Positions 22,501 to 33,729 of a stretch of 64,000 nt of DNA are shown here, piece after piece. The stretch lies in the NCBI RefSeq assembly GCF_036321535.1, contig NC_087444.1, positions 36,208,001-36,272,000 of the forward strand, written 5' to 3'. The notes below the pieces were generated by a model. It did not search any database and had not been told where the DNA came from. It saw only the letters and a program-made list of their open reading frames with translations. How positions within the stretch are numbered: position 1 is the first letter of the stretch; each line of letters starts with the position of its first letter. The DNA comes from Camelus dromedarius. Taxonomy: Eukaryota. Both the position numbers and the translations under genes were made by a program.

Positions 22501-25500
22501 CACCCTCCTTCCCNNNNNNNNNNNNNNNNNNNNNNNNNNNNNNNNNNNNNNNNNNNNNNNNNNNNNNNNNNNNNNNNNNNNNNNNNNNNNNNNNNNNNNN
22601 NNNNNNNNNNNNNNNNNNNNNNNNNNNNNNNNNNNNNNNNNNNNNNNNNNNNNNNNNNNNNNNNNNNNNNNNNNNNNTCAGTGGCAGGCTTGAGCTGAGG
22701 GCACGGGGGCTCAACCTCTCTTTACAAAGCACATCATTTCTATCCTGTCTGCCTAGGGCAAAGGGCCAATGGACCAGGAGAACCAGGAGAACAGGCAAAT
22801 GGGGGAACATTCCCCCATGTGTAGAGCTGAGAACTCCTATGAACTTCCCATCACAAGATACAAAGGCACACATTAACACATATTCTGACAGCCAGAACCA
22901 TATTTGGAAATTGCCCCCAGGCCCAGCAATGGTGGACTTCACCCACTCTTCCCCACTCAGACTCCCAAGGTTGCAAACCATCTGAGGCACAGACCTCTCC
23001 AAGGCCACATTAGAGAGTGGGGACAAGAGAGGCCTATCAACAAATAAAGTGAATTTGAATGCAGGTGGCAGATAACTTAGGATTTAGATAACCAATGTTC
23101 TGCATGTAAGTGTGGGGGAAAAAAAGCCTGTCATGTGCCTGACAATTTCATATACATCCTCTCAATTAATTCTCACAACCCCAAAATAGACATTCCTATT
23201 TCCATTTTATAGATGAGGGAACTGAGGTTGAGAGAGGCTAATTACAATTCCCAAGCTCACAGGGACTCCACTGTTCTCTCCCCACTTGCCTTCCTATCCA
23301 AACCTCCCAACTCTCAGTGAGGTCCGTGAAGAAGTAGGCTCATTCAGGCGTTCCCTGGGCTTGTGTCAGCACCACTGGCTTTATGTCCAGCTCCTCATGT
23401 ACCTCAGTGATGTATGGGCCCTGTGTTGAGGGTCCCACCACCTTACCCCCGCTAAACAGGGACTGCTCTGATCCATGGGGAGGACACAGTAACAGTATCA
23501 GAGGGGCTCCAGAGTGACACCTCTAAGTACTACTGCTAGCCTGCAAAAACAGCTTTCGCATGAACCTCACGTTACTGCAAAATCTTTTGGGCTCATTCTC
23601 CAGGCTACCTCTACCAACTCCTGCCCATTTTTCACTCTCCTTCAAGCAGACTTTCTCCTTACTGATGCCAGATATACATGTAAAAGAAATGTCCTCCCCT
23701 CCTCCTCCTACCATAGCCAACAGCAACCCCTTTGAAAGTCCAACTCAGCGCCCACTTCCTCTGTAAAAGCTTCCCCAAATACACCAGCCAGCCCCACACT
23801 GAGCTCTCTCTCCTTGAACCCTACAGTATTCCCATTTCACAGCACAGCTTAGTATCTTGGCTATGGTCATATGGACATCTGTCTCAGGAAGGTGTCTCCC
23901 TCAGGCATTTGGGTGATACTTCCCCAAGGAGATCACACATTCTTAGGGGAAACCAAAGCACACTGTTTTCTTAAGCTTACTGCCAAGCAAAAAGAGGAAC
24001 TGAGGAACCCTGGTTGGAATCAAGATGGTGATGATTTTCACTTAACCTCCGATCCCCTAGAGCAAGGCAACTGTAAGAAAGTTGGACATTCCTCCACTCA
24101 AAGAGGAGAGCCTAGGGCCAGCCTGTGGATATAAACACAGAGATGCCTCCACATCACTTTAAGAGCTTTCACTCAGTACTCTGGCAAATGACACAGGTGC
24201 TTACTAGTCAGTCATAAGAGGGGGAGGTTGCGGGGGGGCGGCATACACAGTATTAATGACCAAGAGGGAAGGGAGAGGCCAGAGGAATGCACACTGCTGG
24301 CAGGTCTTCCCGGGGACCTGCCCTGCTAATCAAAGCTTGCTGTGTGGAGCTAATCCTAGATCAACTAACATGAGGATAACCTAGTTAATAACCACCACTA
24401 ATCCACAGGCCCCTGTGCAGTACAGTAAGCATACTCTGAAGTACCTGCCAGGCCCCTTCTTGGGAATTGCTCCCCCTGCCCTCTTATGGCTGACAGAGCC
24501 AGACAACGGACCCAAGCTGAGCCAATCTGATGATGTCTCCCAAGAGTAAGGAGTCGGGAATCAAGAGACTGGACCTGTCTAACAACAGCAGAGTCAGAAG
24601 CTGCAGCAAGTCGAAGTCACACACAAGCCCCTGTAACAGAGGAACAAAAGCCACAAGAAAGCAGAGGAAGGAAGCAGAATGACAAAAAGAAGCAAAGTGA
24701 GAGCAGCCTGTGAAAAAAAGACTGATGCAGAAATACTCAGAAGACAGAGGCAGAGGATAGACAAGAGACAAAGACAAGGAGGCAGAGACAAAGGATAAAA
24801 AGAGAGAAAGATGGACATACACACAGAGAAAGAGGCTGTCTCACAGCATCCTGGCTGTGCTCAAGGTGCTTCTGGTTTCGTAGCACCAAGATGTCGCTGC
24901 AAGATAGGGCAGAGAAGCTGACACTTCTCAACCCACCGACAGGCACTCCCTCCTTTCGCTTCTGTTCCTCTCCCCTGCTTCTTCCTGCTACGAACTGCCC
25001 CATGGCTTGGTCCTCCGTGCACACAGTGGGAATCAATGACTTTGTGCTGAAGGAATGAATGAAGGCTGTGCCTCCTGGAAGTCCCTGCAGAGCCCCTTCT
25101 CAAAGACCAGCTGGAAGGATACAAAAGAGCCTGGGCACAGTGGTTGCTTCTGGGAAGGCAGGAAGGCGGGGTGGACTAAAGCTCTGAGAGGGAGGAGACT
25201 TTCTCCACTGTACACCCTTTTAAACTTTGACTCATTTACCATGCACATATACTTCTTTCTCAATAAAAATTAAAATACTTAATTTAAAACAATGTGCAGC
25301 CAGAGAGTAGGACCAGGAATAGACTAAGGTGAGGAAGGTGCCTAAGGGACAAAATTTAAGGAGGCTCTCACTGTCAGGGGACAACCTGGCAAACCTGAGA
25401 ATGAGTGCATACTTAAATGCTGGCGCCAGGCACCTTGCTTGCTTCACCCTACTCTCAGCCCTGCCAGAGAACAGAGAGCTTCCGGAACAGTCTACCAAGC

Positions 25501-28500
25501 AGAAGCCAAGTCCCTCGAATGTTTTCGTGATTCTAATTAAGAAACAAAATTTCACCATTTGATCCCCACCCCTCCAGGCCTCCCAGAACTCCCATCCTCA
25601 CCTAGCACCAAAGACTATCAGCTCAAACACAAGACAACCAGGCTGAGCTTGGAGGCCAGGAGCTCAGGTTCAACTAACACAATTAAAACCTCTGAGCCTT
25701 CCCTCTTCCCTTAATCTCATTTCCTTGCTGGAAAACCTGCAACAATGAATGTGGGACCCATGTGAGGGTCTTCCAGGCTCTCTAGGGGCTTGTTGCTGAC
25801 AAATACTCAAATAGCACATCCAGACCTAACCACAAAGCAGAAACAAATCCCCAAAGTTTCTCTGTGGCAAAGATGGCTACATATCTTCTAATATCTGTTC
25901 TTCCATCTTTCCTTAGTAATAAAAATTTTAGCTGGAGTCAGCTGCCCAAAGTCGACATTTCTTGCAGACAGACATGGCCAAGCAACTAAGTTCTTACCCC
26001 AGAAATGTAAGCAAAGTTTCACATAAATAAGACCTTAAAGGAGTATCTTTGAAGGGTGGGATGGGCCTTTCTTTGTCCTTGCCGTCAGCTGCAATGCAGA
26101 CATGACAACTAGAGCTTGAGGAGCCATCCTGGCCCAGCAGCCAGGAGTCAAATGCTGAGGACAGCGGAGCAGTAAAACAGAAGGAAGGAACCTGGCTCCC
26201 TGAAGGATTATGAAGTCATCCTACCAGCCCCATACTGCCTACTTTTAACATGTGAGAAAAATAGACTGCAGTATGTTTGAGCCACGCTGCTTTCAGTTTT
26301 CAGTTGTTTGAAACCCAAACTAATACGGAATAATACATGTGCCCTCAGACAGAACTGCGCCTCTCATACCCTCTTTCTGATGAGGAGATGGTCTGGCAAC
26401 CTGAAGTCGTAGTCCCAGTTATGCAGGGAGTCACAGCTTCCTCTTCTACAAGCAACAGCGAGAAGGAACCTTCCAATTCCTCCCACAAGCAGGCTGGGTA
26501 TTACTAAGGGGCATTCAAGTACAAGGGAATGCAATCCTTAAGAACAACAAAGTGGGAAAATAAAAAGAAGGGGGAGAAACATCTACAAGCCTCTTAGGAG
26601 AAAACTGTTCTACAACAGTCCAGGAGAGGTAAACCCTTCCAAATGGAGATTCCAGAATCAGGAGACACCTCTTGGGATGTGTATGAACACATAATGTACA
26701 TGTCTTTTTTAAAAGCCTCCTTGTTTTTCATTACACAAATATATACATTTAGTCTCATTATCAAAACATTCAAACTATATATAGGGTTAGAGTCCAGGGT
26801 CTTTGAGCAACTGTGGTCCAGACCAGTCCTCCTTAGACCTGTCACTGTCAGAACATGAAAGCCGTCTATTCATAGCAACAACTAACCAAAATAGGGGAGA
26901 AAATCCTTCCTACTCAGAATCCTGCCCAGGCATGAGTCCCAGGCAGTAAGAAGCAACAGGAAGCTATTCAGGCATCACGCAGTGTTTCTTCACTCCAGCC
27001 TCACCCTTGACAGTCTCCCTCCCCTCCCCCTGCCCTTCCTCCTACTCCCTGTCAGCATTACCAAACAAACCCTCAGGGACAATATTTCAGCTGTGAGCAG
27101 ACCTCTGTTTTGATGCCACTGTGTCAGTGCTGACCTGACTTCCATGTCAAGTTTGAGGTTATGTAACAGACAGGTTTCCGCAAAGATAAATGGACCGCCA
27201 AGAGCTAAGCCAGAAAAACACACACTTCTACAGGCAAATTAAGTACTCTTTCTCACTCTGGGCCAGAGAAGGGTCCCATGGCCTCAAGAAGTGCCATTTT
27301 CCCCTATAGTCCCTTAAGAGCCCCTAAGCATACTGGGTTCAGTGGGCAGCCTGAGGCCCCACCCACCACAGAAGAGTCCAAGATCCCAGAATACAAATGA
27401 GCAGAATGCACCTTCAGGGCAGTTTCTCAGCCTCAGCACTACTGACACGTTGGGCCAGATGAGTCTGCTGCGCAGGGCTGGCCTGGGCACCACAGGATGT
27501 TCAGCAGCACCTCTGACCTCCACCTGCTAGATTCCAGTAGCACTCCTTCCTAGCAGTTGTGACAACCAAAAACTTCTCCAGACCTTGCCAAATGTCTCCT
27601 GGGAGGCAAACTCACCTCCAGTTGAGAAGCACTGTTCTGACATAATGAGTAGCTAACACAGCCTGAAATCCAAAAAAAAAAAAAAACCAACTGCTTAGAT
27701 CCATCTCCCTGCTAGTATAACCTGAGACTGGGGTGGCAGGCTGCTGGCAGCCAGGATCTGGAAGAGCAAGGCCTTCACAGTCCAAGAAGGTAATATAAAT
27801 TAGCAAAGACAAGAATGTCTGGATATAAAACAAGAGGGAGTCAGAGACTGGGGTGAACAGGAAAATATATGCTCCATTTAAAGGAGCTACCACTACTCAA
27901 ATGTAGCTGATTGTGTCAGGCCAGCATATGGGTTCAAGTTTGCCAGAACTTCAGGTTTTTCAAGAAAAGGGCAAGTCCTGACTTTCAAATTTTGGCAAGT
28001 AATTAAAAATTATTTAGAACACTGTGCAGGCCCAACAAATATATCTGTGGGCCAAGTCGGGCCCGTGGGCCACCGGCTTGCAGCTCTGCCCTAGAGTTAG
28101 TTATACGGAGACTGCCTGGGCCCTTTCTTCTAGGATGGAACTTTAATTGCTTAGCCTGGCATGGCTATAACTTCTTTCGGCAGTCTCCCAGCTAACAACC
28201 TGAACCTCTCTCATGTCTCAGTTTCAAGACTAACTTAATTATCTTATCCTACCCAAGCCTCACCCTGGATTCAGTGCAGATCTTTGTTTTTTCCCTAATT
28301 ATGACCTAATCGGTTTCTTCCAATTTATGTCTTTTGAGCCCAGGCTGCTCTCAGTGCCACCTGTCCAAGGAAACTCCCTCCCACACACTCCAGCTCTGTT
28401 GGATGACACATCTAATTCTATACCATAATTTCCAAGAAGAGAAGTAAAGTGAACCCTAAACCTAGTCTGTTGGGATGCACAGGTTTTTTGGCTTAAGTCC

Positions 28501-31500
28501 ACCTCTGACAAGCTCCCACCCTCAGGCCTGCCTTATGGAACAGCCTTGGTTTCAGAGACAGGGGGTTTGCAGGATTTCAAATACTGAGTCATCTGGGTAA
28601 AAGTACATTTCAATGAAAGAAGTTATGAGATACCATGACTTTGCATTTCTAAGAGGTGAGGTCTCTCCTCCAATCAAAAGATCAGTTCCTGGTGTGGGAA
28701 TAGGCTTCCTAAGCACAAAAAACAATGGGAAAAATCATAAAGGAAAAAAGATTTAACTAATAAAAATATTCATATGAAAAATTATGAACAGAGGTGCCAT
28801 TTGACTTGGTTATTCTTGGAATTCATCCTAAGTCCATCCTGAGACCAGTGCACAGGCACTCTCAGGTGCTCAGATAAGAATGCAAACTCACAAAACCTTC
28901 TAGAAAGCAACTGGGTAAGATGAAGAAATTTACAACAATTTAATTGTTTAGACACAAGGATTTCTCTTGTATAATTCTATCCTAGTAAAATATGAAGAAA
29001 TTCTGAAAACAATTTATACGCAAAGATTTCCACAGCAGCATTATTTTCAATAATAATATTACAGGGCACTTAATATGCCAGGCAGAGAGCAGTACTATAC
29101 ATGTATTGACTCATTTATTCCCTACAACAATGTACCTTTCCAGACAGGTACAATCAACAGTTCCATTTTACAAATGAGAAAACTAAGCAACAGTTAAGTA
29201 ACTCCTCCAAGGTCAACAGCTACTCAGTGGTAAAGCTGAAGTCAAATCCAGTTCTGCATGGGAACCTATGATCTTAACCACTACGTTACACTGCCTGGAA
29301 ACTGCTTATGTGTCCCAAACGATGTTTTCTAAGAATATCTGATGAAAGGGATTAAACATTAAAAAAATTTAAATGCAGTATACAAACCACAAAGAGTATG
29401 ATCTCAAGGGTAATTTTTTGCTGTTGTTATTTTTCAAGGGTACTTTTTTTAAATGATGGACAAGCACAGAAGAAAAATACTATTAGGTATTTTGCACAAA
29501 TAGTAATAACATTTGTGTGAGAGGTAAAAATCATGGGTGATTTTAACTTTTTTTTTTTTGCATTGTTCAAATCGTACAGTCTATGCATTACCTTTTAATT
29601 ACAAAAAAGACATATATACTTCTTTTTAAAATGTTTCTTTTGAAGAACATTTCACAAAAAGGGGGAAAAATCCATGATAAACTAAGTTAAAAAGCAGAAT
29701 ATAAAGTTATGTGCAAAGTATGATTCCAATTCTGCAACAGAAATGAAGACATGACTAAACTACTAAAAGTACTCATCTCTTGGTGGTAGATTACAGGTGA
29801 TTTGAGTCTAATTTTCTCTTTAATGATTGTATTTTATAATCAGAAAATTATCCCCTTTTTCGGAGAGCTCAATCAGGCCACAGCCCCCCAGGAGAAACCC
29901 TATCAGATACACAGCTGAGGACTTTCCTCCTCCCAGGGGTATCTGTGGAGCAATTCCATTTAACATCTGTCTTTAATAAATTCCTCAAAGTCAGGAGGGA
30001 CAGCGTATTATACAATTCTTTATTGTTAACTCCAAGGTACTCTCAGTCTATTTTTAACACTATGGATAAACTGCACATACTGCCAGAGCTTTTGCAAGCA
30101 AGATATGGAAAGAACAGAGCATAACTAAGAGTCTCTGGCAGTACACTGCTAAGGAACACAGGGAATTCTGGGCCACTTCTCAGTCAAAACACTAGCTTTA
30201 CTAGACTAAGTTCACAATAATCTTCTCTCCTTTTCAGTGATTTCACACAGAATTTCTCTTTACTCCCTCATAAGAGGAAAAGGAAAATAAAGAGAGATCC
30301 ACTGGGATCTTTCAGCTTCTGTCCTCAGAAACCCAAATACGGGGTAGAAGCCACCTTCCTCATTGGCTGCAGACCGAGCTTGTTTACAAAGTCACTGAAA
30401 AGAAATTTGAAACACCAATGGGAAAAAGCCACTTTGGTGTGGTGCCTGCTGCTCAGAACAGGCTGCAGAGAGTGGCAGTGGCAGGAAAGAGTCGTCCTGT
30501 GGGCCCTAGGGACATAGTATCTTGGGACCGCCAGTCTAGAGAAGTCCATTTCCTCACTGATGGCTTTAAAATTGTTTAAGATTAAAACCTGAGAAGCAAA
30601 TTTATTTTTTTTTTTTGAGCAGCAGAATAAAGACCTCAGCACTGCTGTTTTTTTCTGGGTTAAGTTACAACGAGCAATGTTGACTCCAATTTTAGTATAT
30701 GTGCTGCCAAAGCGAGCACGAGCAATGTTGACTCCAATCAAAACACCTGACAAGACAAATGTAAGACATGCACCAACCTGTCACACAGATTGGGGAACAG
30801 AGGGACAGCCAAGAGTGGAAGGAATGTGAGGCACCAAAAGCCACAAACAGATTCAAACTTCCCCCTCAGGATCTTTCAGGATCAAATGACTTCGGTGAAA
30901 CTACTTCTTCAAAGGTTAAAATGCCTCTCTTTCTCACAAAAGAGCAAAATATGCTGTTCAAATATAAAATATCATTGGCATTATTAAAGGAACCCACACC
31001 CCACACATAATCCCCCAGACTTACATATGCAGGCTGCAGCGAGGAGACGGCAGGCCAGGTACGGGGGCTCACAGGTGGGAAAGGAGGGCTGGATGATGTA
31101 GTTAGCGAAGGTGATGGCGATGATGGCCTGACTGGTGGGCTCAACAATTAGCAGGGAGGCCCAGAGGCGGATAAAGGCAATGAAGCCCCCAAAGGCCTCT
31201 AGAATATAAGCATAGCTGGCCCCTGACTTGGTGATGGTGGTCCCCAGTTCTGCATAGCAAAGGGCACCCACGACGGAGAAAAACCCACCAATGGCCCATA
31301 TGACCAGCGACAACCCATAGGAGGCAGTGTATACCAGCACACCCTTGGGTGAGACAAAGATTCCTGAGCCGATCATGTTGCCCACCACCAGGCTGACGCC
31401 ATTCAGCAGAGAGATCTCCTTCTTCAGCTGCATAGTTTCTGTGGACTGTTGAGGTAGCGTGCTGACATCCTCTTCTGCCCTGGGCTGGCTGGCCTCAGGA

Positions 31501-31547
31501 ATGAGATGGTAAATGGGTGTGGGGCTCTCCAGTTCCCTGGTTTCCAT
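13417..31547 (-). CDS. SLC7A6: SLC7A6 (y+LAT2, cationic/neutral amino acid exchanger light chain), complement join(13417..13511,13960..14143,14258..14407,16331..16427,19249..19352,19557..19680,[2 exons in N gaps],31025..31547)
   Basis: LAT-family TM1 motif [20 protein letters not shown], and the 4F2hc-linking Cys in FPTCEPPY. C-terminus [21 protein letters not shown] fits y+LAT2. The 7 visible exons are GT-AG with consistent phases; the missing part must be 1 mod 3 nt. Confidence 0.95.
13960..14143 (-). CDS. SLC7A6: SLC7A6 coding exon 8 ([10 protein letters not shown]...IRNVL)
   Basis: Acceptor ctttcag|CTG, donor CTGG|GTAAGC, 184 nt. Confidence 0.95.
14258..14407 (-). CDS. SLC7A6: SLC7A6 coding exon 7 (CTMTLIYL...PRPLK)
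   Basis: Acceptor ctctag|TGC, donor AAG|GTCAGT, 150 nt. Confidence 0.95.
15080..16190 (+). mobile_element. Degraded L1M ORF2/3' fragments
   Basis: L1-like motifs ATCCCAATCAAAATA, GACAAAATGATACCAAGTTCATA, AATTCCAGATGAATTAAA. Boundaries approximate. Confidence 0.55.
15555..15683 (-). mobile_element. Camelid tRNA-Ala-derived SINE (Vic-1-like)
   Basis: GGGGAGGGCATAGCTCAAGTGG head and CCTAATTAC tail motif; TSD TCCAGATGAAT (15543, 15684). Confidence 0.85.
16331..16427 (-). CDS. SLC7A6: SLC7A6 coding exon 6 ([12 protein letters not shown]...ALLFN)
   Basis: Acceptor cttccag|GTT, donor AAC|GTAAGC, 97 nt. Confidence 0.95.
18255..18620 (-). mobile_element. L2 fragment
   Basis: CAAACATTTATTGAATGCCTAT...CCTGGGGACAGC signature. 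Confidence 0.55.
19249..19352 (-). CDS. SLC7A6: SLC7A6 coding exon 5 ([12 protein letters not shown]...FASSR)
   Basis: Acceptor cccccag|ACA, donor AAG|GTACTG, 104 nt. Confidence 0.95.
19557..19680 (-). CDS. SLC7A6: SLC7A6 coding exon 4 ([17 protein letters not shown]...DAVAV)
   Basis: Acceptor ctgacag|AAAT, donor GTG|GTGAGT, 124 nt. Confidence 0.95.
19861..19891. repeat. (GA)n microsatellite
   Basis: AAGAGAGAGAAAGAGAGAGAGAGAGAGAGA. Confidence 0.9.
20295..20466 (-). CDS. SLC7A6: SLC7A6 coding exon 3 inferred inside N gap (GHSEHF...GWDTLNFVTEEIKNPER expected)
   Basis: On the - strand a ~180-nt pyrimidine tract ending ...TTCTCTCTGC runs straight into the 172-nt gap (AG expected next). Orthologous exon is ~145 nt. 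Bases not visible. Confidence 0.65.
20467..20645. repeat. Polypurine (A/G) low-complexity tract
   Basis: About 180 nt of mostly A and G on the + strand. Confidence 0.85.
20979..21100 (-). mobile_element. Camelid tRNA-derived SINE (Vic-1-like)
   Basis: A box TAGCTCAAGTGG, B box GGTTCAATCCC, CCTAATTACCTCCCC tail. Confidence 0.88.
21130..21264 (-). mobile_element. Camelid tRNA-derived SINE (Vic-1-like)
   Basis: GGGAGGGTATAGCTCAAGTGGTAGAGCACATGCTTAGCATGC head, A-rich tail. Confidence 0.9.
22514..22677 (-). CDS. SLC7A6: SLC7A6 coding exon 2 inferred inside N gap (CLLTFVNCAYVKWG...LCQ expected)
   Basis: Peptide not found elsewhere between 19680 and 31025. The 164-nt gap can hold the ~126-nt orthologous exon, and a branch-point-like CCACTGA abuts the upstream edge. 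Bases not visible. Confidence 0.55.
23140..23262 (-). mobile_element. MIR SINE
   Basis: CCATTTTATAGATGAGGGAACTGAGG core. Confidence 0.7.
27420..27634. mobile_element. MER20 hAT-Charlie MITE
   Basis: CAGTTTCTCAGCCTCAGCACTACTGACA ... GTTGAGAAGCACTG, resembles the recalled MER20 consensus. Confidence 0.8.
27905..28090. mobile_element. hAT MITE fragment (MER102-like)
   Basis: CAGGCCCAACAAATATATCTGTGGGCCAAGTCGGGCCCGTGGGCCACC...GCAGCTCTG terminus. Confidence 0.5.
29060..29295 (-). mobile_element. MIR SINE
   Basis: CCATTTTACAAATGAGAAAACTAAG...CCAAGGTCAACAGCTACTCAGTGG core. Confidence 0.7.
30685..30719 (-). pseudogene. 3'-truncated U6 snRNA retropseudogene (U6 nt 1-35) with 19-bp TSD
   Basis: - strand GTGCTCGCTTTGGCAGCACATATACTAAAATTGGA, 34/35 identical to the U6 5' end. 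Direct repeat GAGCAATGTTGACTCCAAT at 30672-30690 and 30720-30738. Confidence 0.93.
31025..31547 (-). CDS. SLC7A6: SLC7A6 coding exon 1 (METRELESP...LLAAACI), 523 nt
   Basis: gccATGG at 31547, donor ATAT|GTAAGT, exon acceptor tttgcag|GCC at 31583. Confidence 0.96.
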
Positions 31548-32525
31548 GGCAAATGGTTCCTTCACACCTGTGTTTACTATGGCCTGCAAAGAACAGAAGT
31601 GTGTCAGTCTAGGGTAGGAGCTTGTAAGGCTCTAGTTTAGACCCGCAAGGCAGGCAGGTTTCCCTGTCCTCTTCTTTTGTAGGGACAGCATGACTCATAC
31701 ACAGATCGAAGTACATACAATGAGCCTGTCTCAGTTCCCACCGCAGGATACAAAGAAATGGAGGCAGGCTGACCTCCACTACTCCCCGAGAGACACCATG
31801 AGGGATCAGGCACAATGTGAGGGTGACTTACAACAAGAGACACCTGGCTTGATGCCCAGGTTAGGCTGGCATTTGGTTTATCTATAGCATGGATCCTCCC
31901 CGAGGTGTAGGTTATCCTCTGTTCTTACCAACTTAAAACCTGCAAACCTGCCCTGTAGAGAAGACAAGGATCCCAGTACCAGGTTCACAGCTCTAGCCAG
32001 TCTGATAGGCCTCTCACTGTCCACACCCACCCACCTCCACCCAAACATAAACAGGGACTTCTACAGTCACATAGGGAGAAGTCTGTAGCTACTCTCAGGC
32101 CAGCAAAGAACATAGCAGGTGGTGAGAAGGGCTAGGAAGATGCTAAAACAAGGGTATATCACTGTTGCAGAGACTGGACCAAGGAGAGAACCTTCGTGAA
32201 AATACACATCAGTGTCTCACTGTGTCCACACCACCACCTTACTTCCTACATTGCTGCTTGCCTATTCAATGCCTTTCTTTTTCCAAAGTGCCCAGAAGAG
32301 AGGAATAACATAAGAAGATTAGGTGGAGAAAGAACATCCAGCAGGCACTCTAAGGTGGGACTCATCTGCTATTGGCTTATTTGCTTCCCTCCTCAGCATG
32401 CCCCTTTGCACCTGGGGCTGCAAAGAGACTCCCCCCAAAACAGGACTCTTGACACCCAATCAAAGCTACAAGGCTTCTCTTATCCACAGGTCTGGCATTG
32501 AAAGGCATCCTGTTAGGAGATAGAA

Positions 32526-32672
32526 NNNNNNNNNNNNNNNNNNNNNNNNNNNNNNNNNNNNNNNNNNNNNNNNNNNNNNNNNNNNNNNNNNNNNNNNNNN
32601 NNNNNNNNNNNNNNNNNNNNNNNNNNNNNNNNNNNNNNNNNNNNNNNNNNNNNNNNNNNNNNNNNNNNNNNN
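32526..32672. other. Sequence gap (147 N) in SLC7A6 5'UTR intron
   Basis: Run of N; no coding exon is required here. Confidence 0.95.
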
Positions 32673-33729
32673 TAGAGTTAGGCCTCTCCAGAAATCCCAA
32701 GGACACTGGATTCCACACCAACCTACCTATGAAGGACCCAGAACCTGTCAGAGGAAGACGAGCACCTTCCTGATCCCACCCTCAGCAGGGCTTTCTCCCT
32801 TCCCCAGTTCCTGTGCCCCAGGAATCAGGAATTCAGATCCCCCACTCCTACCTCATCTTCCGGAGAAAGGAATCTAGTAGGTCATTTGATCCCCACCCAA
32901 GAGTCAGTCCTTTAAGGTCACAGAGATGATTTCCAGGGATAAGAACGGGATCAGCACGTCATCTTCCCAGAAGCTTCTCATCTAGTCAACAACAATGGAC
33001 GTGCTGGAACCTTGCCTCATGGAGCTCAGAGCAAGGGAGCCGCAGGCACTCAAGAGTGAGTACTTCTCAGGGAAAACACCAATCTCCACAAGCCCCACCC
33101 AAAACTCCTGCCTCACCTGTCCCACTCCCCCTCCAGAGTTAGGCCTGAACCCAAGAGGAAAAAGCTCCCCTGCAGCACTAATAAGCCTTCCCCCACTCCC
33201 AGAAGAGTTGGGTGGGCCTACCCTGCTTATTAAGAGGCCTGGCTTTAAGGCAGCACCACTTTTCCTTTCACTCCTGGCACCAAGCCATGCAGGTTACTCT
33301 ACACAGGCATGTGCGAAAATACTTCTTTTCACGTGTCTGTCAGGTGAGCCCAGGCACGCGTGAAAATAAAATCAGGAAACAGCTAAAGAGCCTGTATTGG
33401 CGCATAGGGGTCAGGTGCAGGCTGTTCATTGATCAGTGAGTGCTTTCATGTGCGTGATGGGCACATGTTTGCAAACTCACTTGTTTTTCTCTTGTTAATC
33501 TGTTTTTTTGCCAGTCTAATTGACAAGGCCTCAGCCAGAGAATATAAAATAGGTAGAGGAAAAGCCTTTTTCCCCTTACATTCCTTTAAAAGAAAAAAAG
33601 AGCAGGTGCAGAGACTTAGGTTGCCCTTTTCCACTCAACTCAACGAGGAAGCAAGCAGGAACTTGGCCCCAGTGGCTACTCTAGCCTCCACCTGTTCATC
33701 AGACCCTAGCTGGTGGGGAGGGGGGATCA

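Noticed and set aside
30672-30738. Repeat-spacer-repeat that looks like a minimal CRISPR unit
   Set aside because: The spacer is the U6 snRNA 5' end and the repeats are a target-site duplication. The sequence is mammalian and there are no cas genes.
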